Positions 1-8,127 of a stretch of 64,000 nt of DNA are shown here, one piece after another. Source of the stretch: Acidobacteriota bacterium (GTDB taxonomy: Bacteria > Acidobacteriota > Vicinamibacteria > Vicinamibacterales > JAKQTR01); the NCBI GenBank assembly GCA_026393675.1, contig JAPKZQ010000019.1, positions 14,333 through 78,332 of the forward strand. The letters run 5' to 3'. Each line of letters opens with the position of its first letter. Position 1 is the first letter of the stretch. Made by a program: the position numbers and the translations under genes. Below the pieces are notes generated by a model that was not told where the DNA came from, ran no database searches, and saw only the letters and a list, made by a program, of their open reading frames with translations.

Positions 1-861
1 GAGGCACTTGGCATGTCAAGCGGGCCGGCTGACTTCGACGCAGAGGGAGAAGATGTCGCGATTCCCGAGTCGTTGAGCCAGTCCTTCGTGGGAGCCTCGC
101 TGGAGGCGGAGGAGGTGCGGCGGCGCATCGTGATGGCCTCGCTCACCGGGCACCCGGTCCTCATCATGGGCGAGACCGGGACAGGCAAGGAGATTGTCGC
201 GCGCCAGATCCACCAACTGGGCAGGCGCTGCCACGCAAGCTTCATCACGGTCAACTGCGCGGCGATCGCCCACGACCTCCTCGAGTCCGAGCTCTTCGGC
301 CACCTCAAGGGCGCCTTCACCGGCGCCACGTCGAACAAGAAGGGCCTCTACGAGATGGCTCAGGACGGCACGCTCTTCCTTGACGAGGTGGGCGATCTGC
401 ACGCGGCACACCAGGCCAAGGTGCTGCGCATGCTGAACGACGGGGACTACCGGCGCGTCGGCTCGCACAAGCGCCGGAAGGGCAACGCGCGGATCATCGC
501 GGCGACCAACCGGAACCTCCCGCAAATGGTGGAGGCCGGGACCTTCAGGGACGATCTGTACTACCGGCTGCTCTCGTTCGTCATCGAAACGCCCGCGCTG
601 CGCAGCCATCCCGACGACATCCCGATGATCGCAGCGTTCCTGTGGCCGAGGGTCACCGAGGGCACCGCGTGCGATGCCAAGCTGTCGCGCACCGTCGTCG
701 ACATGCTCAAGGACTACCCATGGCAGGGCAACGTGCGGGAGTTGCGCGCCTTCCTGGCGAACCTTTCGACACTTGCCGGCCCGCGCCCGCTGACCCCATC
801 GCTCGTCAGCAAAGCCTTCCTGGCGTGGACGCGCATCAAGACACGCGGAGAAGATCGGTAG
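1..861 (+). CDS. sigma-54-dependent AAA+ transcriptional activator (bEBP), central domain. The 5' end probably lies outside the window. No recognisable C-terminal Fis-type HTH.
   Basis: Walker A GETGTGKE, sigma-54 contact loop GAFTGA, Walker B LFLDEVG, GNVRELR sensor II region. The frame is open back to base 1. Only about 40 aa follow GNVRELR. Confidence 0.85.
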   Translation, partial: EALGMSSGPADFDAEGEDVAIPESLSQSFVGASLEAEEVRRRIVMASLTGHPVLIMGETGTGKEIVARQIHQLGRRCHASFITVNCAAIAHDLLESELFGHLKGAFTGATSNKKGLYEMAQDGTLFLDEVGDLHAAHQAKVLRMLNDGDYRRVGSHKRRKGNARIIAATNRNLPQMVEAGTFRDDLYYRLLSFVIETPALRSHPDDIPMIAAFLWPRVTEGTACDAKLSRTVVDMLKDYPWQGNVRELRAFLANLSTLAGPRPLTPSLVSKAFLAWTRIKTRGEDR

Positions 862-1083
862 GGACACCCGCTCGGCAGGGATGCCGACCTACGGCCCTCC
901 GTCGTGCGCTCTGGAGAGCCAGACCTTCACGGCCTCGACTGTCTGGGCCGATGGCTGGCTGTTGCACTTCGTCTTGAGCTCGCTGATCACCCGGCGCACT
1001 CGGCGCTCCCGCCGCCTGTCGAATGTCGGGTAGGATCTACAGGAGAGCTGTCAACGACATCGCGAGCCATAAAGGAAGGTCAC

Positions 1084-1455
1084 GTGCCTGTTCGAGGTAT
1101 TCGCGGCGCCATCAATGTGAGCGCCAACACCCGCGACGCCATCCAGGAAGCCACCACACGCCTGTTGCTCGCGATGTGCGAGGCCAACCGCCTCGATTCG
1201 TCAGCCATCATCTCGGCGTTCTTTACCGTCACGACCGATCTCAACGCCACGTATCCGGCTGCTGCGGCCCGGGCCCTCGGATGGCTCGATGTGCCGCTGC
1301 TCGACGCCCAGGAAATCGAGGTGCCAGGCGGCATGGCGCGAGTGGTCCGTGTCCTGCTGCACGTCGAAATGAGCATCCCTCGCAGCCAGGTCCAGCACAT
1401 CTATCTGGACGACGCCGTGGCGCTTCGCCCTGACCTTCCGCAGACCCTGTGGTGA
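1084..1455 (+). CDS. aroH: chorismate mutase, AroH (monofunctional B. subtilis) type
   Basis: VRGIRGAINV...AFFTVTTDLNA.YPA...VPLL.AQEIEVPGG..RVVRVLLH...HIYL..A..LRPDL resembles B. subtilis AroH along its length. GTG at 1084 is preceded by AAGGAAGG. The ORF-track start at 904 looks like an upstream extension. Confidence 0.8.
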   Translation: MPVRGIRGAINVSANTRDAIQEATTRLLLAMCEANRLDSSAIISAFFTVTTDLNATYPAAAARALGWLDVPLLDAQEIEVPGGMARVVRVLLHVEMSIPRSQVQHIYLDDAVALRPDLPQTLW

Positions 1456-2360
1456 TGGTGAGCCGCCGGCGTTCGACCGTGAGCCCGCGCCCCGCGAGAC
1501 CCCGCCTGTTGAAGGGCGCGGAGGTGGGCATTGTCGGGACGGGGCAAATCGGCGGGTCGGTTGTCCGGTGCTTGAGCCGCCTTCGACCTGACATCACGGT
1601 GTGCGCCTTCGATCTCGACACGTCGCTCGGCGCGAAGATCCGGCCGTTCGCGCGTTTCTGTCGCACGCTGGAGATCCTGGTCCGCCAGTCGGATGTCGTC
1701 ATGTTGGCGGTTCCCGTCCAGGCGGTTGTCCGCCTGTTGCCCCGCATCGCGAAGCTCGCGGGCCAGCGTCCATCCCGCCGCAGACTCATCGTGTGCGATA
1801 CGTCCACAGTCAAGGCGACGGTGGTCGCGGCTGCCGTGCGACACGAGGCCGACTTCGATTTCGTTGGTCTGCACCCGCTGGCCGGAACGGAAGGCCAGGG
1901 TTGGGAGGCCGCCGATGCCGCCCTGTTCAAAGGTCGCCCAGTGGTCATCTGTCCAGCCGGTCAGCGGGCCGGCCGCGTCGCACGAGAGCTGATCGGGTTG
2001 CTCGGCGGGAATCCGGTGGCCATGAACCCGCGCGATCACGATCGGCTCGTGGCGGAAGGGATCGGACTGCCTCACATCCTGGCGTTTGCGGCGGCTGGAA
2101 TGGGCACTCGCGCTGTCGGTGGAAACCTGCTCAAGGGGGGCTCGTGGCGGTCGCTCACACGCGTGGCGGCGTCAAGTCCCGCGATGGTGGCGGGATTCCT
2201 TCATGAGAATCGCGACCACCAGCTTCGTGTGCTGGCTCGGTTCAAGAAGGACCTCGATGCTGTCGCAGGGGCCCTTCGTCAACCAGCGGTCGGCGCACTG
2301 GAACGGCAGTTGGCGGCGTGGCAACGACGGGTGACGACCACAAGCAGCGGAAGAGGCTGA
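1449..2360 (+). CDS. tyrA: prephenate/arogenate dehydrogenase (TyrA family)
   Basis: Rossmann motif VGIVGTGQIGGS, HPLAG motif (GLHPLAGTE), HDRLVA..IGLPHILAFA. It overlaps the aroH stop (GTG 1449, or ATG 1455 in a TGATG overlap). Confidence 0.8.
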   Translation: MVMVSRRRSTVSPRPARPRLLKGAEVGIVGTGQIGGSVVRCLSRLRPDITVCAFDLDTSLGAKIRPFARFCRTLEILVRQSDVVMLAVPVQAVVRLLPRIAKLAGQRPSRRRLIVCDTSTVKATVVAAAVRHEADFDFVGLHPLAGTEGQGWEAADAALFKGRPVVICPAGQRAGRVARELIGLLGGNPVAMNPRDHDRLVAEGIGLPHILAFAAAGMGTRAVGGNLLKGGSWRSLTRVAASSPAMVAGFLHENRDHQLRVLARFKKDLDAVAGALRQPAVGALERQLAAWQRRVTTTSSGRG

Positions 2361-2377
2361 CGGGAAGAAAGGCCGAC

Positions 2378-3283
2378 ATGGCGATCGTGTACTTCGGGGA
2401 TGGTTTCGTGGACGAGGCGGACGCGCGGATTCCAATCACGACGCATGCGCTACATTACGGCACGGCCGTGTTCGAGGGCATTCGTTCCTACGGCGACGGG
2501 ACGTCGGCCTCGCTCTTCCGTCCCCACGATCATTACGAGCGCCTGCTGCGAAACGCGGCGTGGCTGGAGATGAAGCCGCGATGGGATAGCGCCGCGCTTA
2601 CGAAGCTCACTATCGAACTGCTCCGACGGAATCGGTTCTTCGACGATCGCTACATTCGTCCGTTGTTGTACAAGACGTCACAGACGATCGGGGCCGGGCT
2701 TCCCGACGGCGAGGCGCTCGCGATGGTGACCGTGCCGATGCCGCGTGGGCCCGTGCTGCGACCGGCTGTCCGGGCGACCTGGTCGAAATGGAGGCGGTTT
2801 CCGGCCGCGGCGTGTCCGGCTGGCGCCAAGATCACCGGACTCTACGTCAACTCGTCGCTGGCCAGGGCCGACGGCCTGGCGCGCGGATATGACCAGCCAA
2901 TCCTGCTCAACATGTCTGGAGATGTGGCCGAAGGGTACGGCGCCAATATCTTCATCGCGCACGGGAGCCGGGTGGCCACGCCGCCGGTCGAGGCCGACAT
3001 CCTCGGCGGCATCACGCGCGATGCACTTCTGCGCTTCTTCGGCGAACAGTCGGGTGTGTCGGTCTCGACTGATCCGCTCAGCCCCGCTGACCTCCTGCGC
3101 GCCGATGAGGTGTTCCTCTGCGGCACCGGGATGGAGATCCTGCCCATCCGCGAGATCGAAGGCCGGACCATCGGTGACGGCACCGGCCACGGCCCGCTTC
3201 TTCGACGCGCCGCGGACTGGTATCGGCGCATGGTGTCGGGTGAGGCCGACGCCCCCAAAGGCTGGCTCGTGCCGGTGAGCTAG
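2378..3283 (+). CDS. class IV (branched-chain/D-amino-acid type) aminotransferase
   Basis: N-terminus MAIVYFGDGFVDEADARIPITTHALHYGTAVFEGIRSY is typical of IlvE-like fold-type IV PLP enzymes. GITR and EVFLCGTG motifs are present. ATG 2378 was chosen over the ORF-track start 2318. Confidence 0.75.
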   Translation: MAIVYFGDGFVDEADARIPITTHALHYGTAVFEGIRSYGDGTSASLFRPHDHYERLLRNAAWLEMKPRWDSAALTKLTIELLRRNRFFDDRYIRPLLYKTSQTIGAGLPDGEALAMVTVPMPRGPVLRPAVRATWSKWRRFPAAACPAGAKITGLYVNSSLARADGLARGYDQPILLNMSGDVAEGYGANIFIAHGSRVATPPVEADILGGITRDALLRFFGEQSGVSVSTDPLSPADLLRADEVFLCGTGMEILPIREIEGRTIGDGTGHGPLLRRAADWYRRMVSGEADAPKGWLVPVS

Positions 3284-3352
3284 ACTCGTCGGCGAGACCC
3301 GTGAGCCAGATAGCGTCACCAGGCCCGGAGTTTTTTTGTTATCCTCGGGCCA

Positions 3353-5368
3353 GTGACTTCCCGCAAATTGTGGATGACGCTGGCGATAGGCGCGGTGGCT
3401 GCCGCCATCGCTGCGGCCGCCGGCCGCCTGCCTCTGGTCGACACCCTCGAGTGGAAACTGTACGACCAGCGCGTGCGTTGGGCGGCCAATCCCGCCACGG
3501 CCCGCCAGGATATCGTCATCGTCACCATCGACGAATCCAGCGTGCGCCGCCTCGAGCCGGAGGTCGGGCGCTGGCCCTGGCCCAGGGTCGTACATGCTGA
3601 CGTCATCGACTTTCTCGCCGCGGCCGGCGCCAAGACGATTGTTTACGACGTGCTCTTCACGGAACGGGATCGCCGAACCGGATTCGACGTCGGGGGCACA
3701 AGCTGGACTGGCCAGGAATCCGACCGCGCGCTTGCGGAGTCGGTGGCCCGCGCCCGCAACGTCGTCGTGCTCGCCGACGCCACCTTCGAAGGCATGGTTG
3801 GCGACACCAAAAGCCGCCCGGTCAATCCAGGCCCGTTCGAATCGCGGCCAGACGTGTTGCTGCCATACGACGAACTCGCGCGCGCCGCACGCCTGATTGG
3901 GCACAACTACTTCGTGCTCGATCCGGATGGACCGGTGCGTCGTGCCGTGACCTTTATCGATCACGGCGGCCGCCTGGTTCCCTCGCTATCAGCTGCCGGC
4001 TGGATGGTCGCCGCATCGCTCGATCCCGCCAGCGCCAGGGCCGGCGGGCGAGGTGTCATCGTCGGGAGCCATGACATTCCGCTCGTGACCGACGTGTTGC
4101 CGGCATTCGACCGCGCCCAGCCGCGGAGGACCGCCCGACGCCTGCTCATCGACTTCCGAGGGCCCGCCGTGCTCGAGGACGGGAAACGGACCACGTACAA
4201 GTGGTATTCGTTCTACGACCTGTTCTACGCGCGGCAGGAACAGCTTGCCGGCGTCGCACCCTCAGTCTCGCCGGCGCTCTTTCGCGACCGGATCGTCGTC
4301 ATCGGGACGACCGCCGCCGGCCTGCACGACGTGTTTACCGTGCCCTTTGCGAGTGGCGGCAAGATGCCGGGATCCCAGATTCACGCAGCCGTCATCGACC
4401 AACTACTCTCGTCGCGGTTCATCGAGCCGGCGACGACGACACTCCGCGCGGCGCTGGTGGTCATGACGGCGCTCGTCACCGCGCTACTGATCGTATTTCT
4501 GCCGCTGCGCTGGGCTGGTCCCTGCGTGCTGCTGGTGCTGTCGACCGTGATCGTCATGGCCTTCCACGCATTCACACGCGGCGCGTGGTGGCCGCTCGCC
4601 CAGCCCGGGATCGGCTGGATGACAGCCGTCGTCGGCGGCCTCGGCTATCAGTACTTCGTCGAAGGACGGGACAAGCGCGCCGTGAAGCGCTTGTTCTCGC
4701 GCTACCTCTCGCCCGACGTGTACGCGCTGGTGCTGGCCAACCCCGCACTGGCCGAACTGGGCGGCAAGCGGCGCGAGATGACCGTGCTGTTCTCGGACAT
4801 CCGCGGCTTTACGACCATGACCGAGCGCGGCCAGCCCGAGGCAATCGTCGAGCAGTTGAACACGTACTTCTCGGCGATGGTGGATGTGCTGTTCGCCCAT
4901 CGCGGCACGCTCGACAAGTTCGTCGGCGACATGGTCATGGCGTTGTTCGGCGCGCCGCTTGCAGACGACGAACATGCCGATCACGCGGTACAGGCGGCGC
5001 TGGCGATGATGGCGAGGCTCAACGAGTTGAATGCCGAGTGGAAGGCGTTGGGCCTGCCCGAACTCGCGATCGGCATCGGCATCAATTCCGGCGAGATGAT
5101 CGCGGGCACCATCGGATCGGATCAGGTGAGGAGTTACACGGTCATCGGCGATGCCGTCAATCTTGGTTCCCGGATCGAATCACTGAACAAGCAGTACGGG
5201 ACCTCCATCCTCATCAGCGAAAGTACGGTCAGACAGCTCAAACACCAGTATGATCTGCATACACTGGGCGATGTGGTCGTGAAGGGCAAGAGCCAGGCGG
5301 TGGCGATCTTCGAGGTGCGGCCGCCGCGTGCGGACGGGCCAACTCAGCCGGTGAAGGGACGTTCATGA
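3353..5368 (+). CDS. CHASE2 sensor-domain class III adenylate/guanylate cyclase
   Basis: N-terminal TM, then a periplasmic CHASE2-like region (IVIVTIDE..., RWPWPR), then a TM cluster. C-terminal cyclase domain: MTVLFSDIRGFTTMTE, FVGDMVMALFGAP, IGINSGEMIAGTIGS, YTVIGDAVNLGSRIES. Confidence 0.85.
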   Translation: MTSRKLWMTLAIGAVAAAIAAAAGRLPLVDTLEWKLYDQRVRWAANPATARQDIVIVTIDESSVRRLEPEVGRWPWPRVVHADVIDFLAAAGAKTIVYDVLFTERDRRTGFDVGGTSWTGQESDRALAESVARARNVVVLADATFEGMVGDTKSRPVNPGPFESRPDVLLPYDELARAARLIGHNYFVLDPDGPVRRAVTFIDHGGRLVPSLSAAGWMVAASLDPASARAGGRGVIVGSHDIPLVTDVLPAFDRAQPRRTARRLLIDFRGPAVLEDGKRTTYKWYSFYDLFYARQEQLAGVAPSVSPALFRDRIVVIGTTAAGLHDVFTVPFASGGKMPGSQIHAAVIDQLLSSRFIEPATTTLRAALVVMTALVTALLIVFLPLRWAGPCVLLVLSTVIVMAFHAFTRGAWWPLAQPGIGWMTAVVGGLGYQYFVEGRDKRAVKRLFSRYLSPDVYALVLANPALAELGGKRREMTVLFSDIRGFTTMTERGQPEAIVEQLNTYFSAMVDVLFAHRGTLDKFVGDMVMALFGAPLADDEHADHAVQAALAMMARLNELNAEWKALGLPELAIGIGINSGEMIAGTIGSDQVRSYTVIGDAVNLGSRIESLNKQYGTSILISESTVRQLKHQYDLHTLGDVVVKGKSQAVAIFEVRPPRADGPTQPVKGRS

Positions 5369-6486
5369 AACGGATGTGGCTTGCAGGCGTGCTGGTGTTG
5401 ACCGTGACTGTTCCGGCGGCTGCCCAGATCGGCGGAATCCTCGGCAAGGCGAACAAGGCCGTCGAGGTCGGCAAGAAAGTGGCCGACCTCAGGATCAGCG
5501 ACGAAGACGAGCGTGAGATTGGCGCCGCTGTGAGTCAGAAGGTGCGGCAGCGGTACGGCGTGGTGCAGGACCCGGCCGTCCACAGATACGTGAGCCTGGT
5601 TGGCGCCGTCGTCGCGCATGCCAGCACGCGTCCCGGCATCGCGTGGCAGTTCATCGTGCTCGACACCGATGGCGTGAACGCCTTTGCGGCGCCCGGCGGA
5701 TTCATTCACATCACCCGTGGAGCGCTCGCGTTGATGGGGAGCGAAGCCGAACTGGCCGGCGTGCTCGCTCACGAGGCGATCCACGTCACCGAGAAACACA
5801 CAATCAACGCCATCCGCAACAACAAGCTGAAGGATTTGGGCCTCGAGATGGCTCCGGGTGGCGGCCTCACCAAGGAAGCCATCAACAAGATTGCCGGCGA
5901 GGCTTACAACCTGATCTATGCCGGATACTCACGCGGCGAAGAACTCGAGTCCGACCGGCTCGGCATCGTGCTGGCTGACAAGGCCGGCTACAACCCGAAG
6001 GGACTCGGCGGCTTCCTGACCGCGTTGACGGCGCGCAATAAGAGCGCGAGTGAGAAGCAGGGCCTGTTTGCCTCGCATCCGGAAATGAAGGAGCGCCTCG
6101 AGAAACTCGACAAGATGATTGTCGACCAGAAGCTCACGGCCACAGCCGTGCTGGCCGATAGGTATCGCGCGGCCATCAGCTACAAGCCGGCGGCGCAGAC
6201 CGAGATCGCGCAGGTGGCGGCCGGCACGTCGGGCCTGACGGGCGGCGCCAAGGAAGAGCCGAAAAAGGACGAGCCGGCACCCCCGAAGAAGCGAGGCTTC
6301 GCCCTTGGGGGCCTGTTGAAACCGGGAGGCGAGGAGAATAAGACGGCGCAGGTGACCGGCTCGGGCGGCTCCCGCGGTGTGGATACCGAGCGTGGTGCCA
6401 AGGGCGGCGGCAATCCGGCCATCGTGGTCGTGACACTGACGGCTGCCGACATCGAGCAGTTCAAGAAGGACGGCAAGCTCAGGTAA
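5365..6486 (+). CDS. secreted M48-family zinc metalloprotease
   Basis: Signal peptide MKRMWLAGVLVLTVTVPAAAQ. HExxH appears as LAHEAIHV with a downstream GEELESD. ATGA overlap with the cyclase stop. Confidence 0.75.
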   Translation: MKRMWLAGVLVLTVTVPAAAQIGGILGKANKAVEVGKKVADLRISDEDEREIGAAVSQKVRQRYGVVQDPAVHRYVSLVGAVVAHASTRPGIAWQFIVLDTDGVNAFAAPGGFIHITRGALALMGSEAELAGVLAHEAIHVTEKHTINAIRNNKLKDLGLEMAPGGGLTKEAINKIAGEAYNLIYAGYSRGEELESDRLGIVLADKAGYNPKGLGGFLTALTARNKSASEKQGLFASHPEMKERLEKLDKMIVDQKLTATAVLADRYRAAISYKPAAQTEIAQVAAGTSGLTGGAKEEPKKDEPAPPKKRGFALGGLLKPGGEENKTAQVTGSGGSRGVDTERGAKGGGNPAIVVVTLTAADIEQFKKDGKLR

Positions 6487-6491
6487 CCACG

Positions 6492-7940
6492 GTGCCCACG
6501 CTCACGTTTCACATCGTCGCCGATATCGCCCTGTTGGCGCTGGCCGTCGCGGTCCGGGTCGTGACCGTCAATCGGCTCGTCCAGCGAAAGCTGCTGCTGA
6601 CGCTGATAGCCGGTTTTGCGTCGCTGGCAGCATCGGCCCTTCGCGTGGCCGGTCTGGTCCCGCCGGATCTCGTGGCCGACGTCACGGGTATCGACAACCT
6701 GCTCGCCGCGCTCGCGGCCATCAACTTTGTGGTGGTCGTTTCCATCAACCCGCTGCGCGAGGATCGAATCCCGGGCCGGTTTCCCAACATCGTCCAGGAC
6801 GCGATCATTGTCGGGCTATTCCTGGTCGTCGCCACCGCGGTGCTGCAGGAGAAGTTCCTGACGACCTCGGCCGTTGGCGCGGTCGTCGTGGGCTTTGCCC
6901 TGCAGGATACGCTCGGGAACGCGTTCGCCGGTCTCGCGATTCAGACCGAGAAGCCGTATCGGGCGGGGCAGTGGATCCGGGTTGGCGAGCACGAGGGGCG
7001 CGTCGAGGAGATTACGTGGCGCGCGACCAAACTGCGCACCAAGGCGGGGACCTTCGTCATCGTGCCGAACAACGTGATGTCGAAGGAGGCGATCGTCAAT
7101 TTTTCTGAGCCCATCATTCCGACGCGGATGTTCATCGACGTGGGCGCGTCGTATCATGCGCCCCCCAACGAGGTGAAGGCGGCGATTGCCGAAGCGATGA
7201 GGAACGCCCCGCTAGTGCTGGCGTTGCCCGAGCCCGATGTCGTGCTGCTGGACTTCGGTCCGTCGGCCGTGACGTATCGGGCCCGTTTCTGGATCGACGA
7301 TTATGCCCGCGACGAACCCGCCAGAAGCCAGGTGCGGACGTCCATCTGGTACGTCTTCCGCCGGCGGAACATCGAGATTCCATGGCCGATCCAGGTTCAG
7401 TACGGTCGTGAGGAGGTTCCCGGGCGTTCGCCCGACACGACCCCGCGCATCGCGGCCTCGCTCGCGCAGGTCGAACTGCTGCAGTCGCTCACCGACGCCG
7501 ATCGCCTCGAACTCGCAGCTCTCTGCGATGGGCGGCTCTACGCGGCGCACGAGGTCGTCGTGCGGCAGGATGCGCCAGGGAACTCGATGTTCGTCGTGTC
7601 GAGCGGTAAGGTCGAGATCGTGCTCGAGCCGGATGGACGCCCGCTCGCGGTCACCGGGGCGGGTGGCTTCTTCGGTGAGATGTCGCTGCTCACGGGGAGT
7701 CCTCGCACGGCGACGGTTCGCGCGCTCGAGGACTGCACGCTGGTCGAGTTGACCTCCGAGGCATTTCGGAGATTCGTGCTCGAGAAACCCGCGGTGCTCG
7801 ACGTGATTGCGGCGGCCGTGATGAAGCGCCGGGGCGAGATCGACCAGCGGCGTTCGGAGACAGCCACTCCCGCCGCGCCGGCGGAATCGGCGACGAGCTT
7901 CCTTGGACGTATCAGGAAGTTCCTCAGAATTCCCACCTAA
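6492..7940 (+). CDS. MscS-family mechanosensitive channel with a C-terminal cyclic-nucleotide-binding domain (bCNG-like)
   Basis: N-terminal TM helices, then the MscS core (GFALQDTLGNAFAGLAIQTEKPYRAGQWIRV...GRVEEITWRATKLRT..G..VIVPNN). C-terminal cNMP fold with FFGEMSLLTGSPRTATVRA. Confidence 0.8.
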   Translation: MPTLTFHIVADIALLALAVAVRVVTVNRLVQRKLLLTLIAGFASLAASALRVAGLVPPDLVADVTGIDNLLAALAAINFVVVVSINPLREDRIPGRFPNIVQDAIIVGLFLVVATAVLQEKFLTTSAVGAVVVGFALQDTLGNAFAGLAIQTEKPYRAGQWIRVGEHEGRVEEITWRATKLRTKAGTFVIVPNNVMSKEAIVNFSEPIIPTRMFIDVGASYHAPPNEVKAAIAEAMRNAPLVLALPEPDVVLLDFGPSAVTYRARFWIDDYARDEPARSQVRTSIWYVFRRRNIEIPWPIQVQYGREEVPGRSPDTTPRIAASLAQVELLQSLTDADRLELAALCDGRLYAAHEVVVRQDAPGNSMFVVSSGKVEIVLEPDGRPLAVTGAGGFFGEMSLLTGSPRTATVRALEDCTLVELTSEAFRRFVLEKPAVLDVIAAAVMKRRGEIDQRRSETATPAAPAESATSFLGRIRKFLRIPT

Positions 7941-8077
7941 CGGCACGCGGGTCGCGTCGCGCTCGTGCTTGCCCTGGGCGCGCGACAGCGCGGCTGGGCT
8001 GAACATTCTGAACTGCCAATACCAAAACCGAAATAAGCACATGTTAATACACATCCAGATAGTATCAATGCTAGAAA

Positions 8078-8106
8078 TTGCTATTTATGAACCCATGAAC
8101 TAATAT
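8078..8106 (+). promoter_or_regulatory. putative sigma-70-type promoter of the defence operon
   Basis: TTGCTA (8078-8083), 17 nt spacer, TAATAT (8101-8106), inside a 35% GC stretch. GAGG at 8114-8117 lies upstream of the GTG start at 8128. Confidence 0.4.
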
Positions 8107-8127
8107 TGCTTCTGAGGTGACACACAG

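Noticed and set aside
904-1083. Upstream 60-aa extension of the aroH ORF.
   Set aside because: It has no similarity to AroH. A strong RBS and GTG at 1084 give a protein of the canonical about 125-aa size.
4201-5253. Alternative-frame 350-aa ORF inside the cyclase gene, and similar same-strand shadow ORFs (1601-2206, 25247-26005, 48046-49086, 50964-52043, 62328-63200).
   Set aside because: These are Arg/Pro/Gly-rich off-frame translations of genes whose main frame carries clear catalytic motifs.
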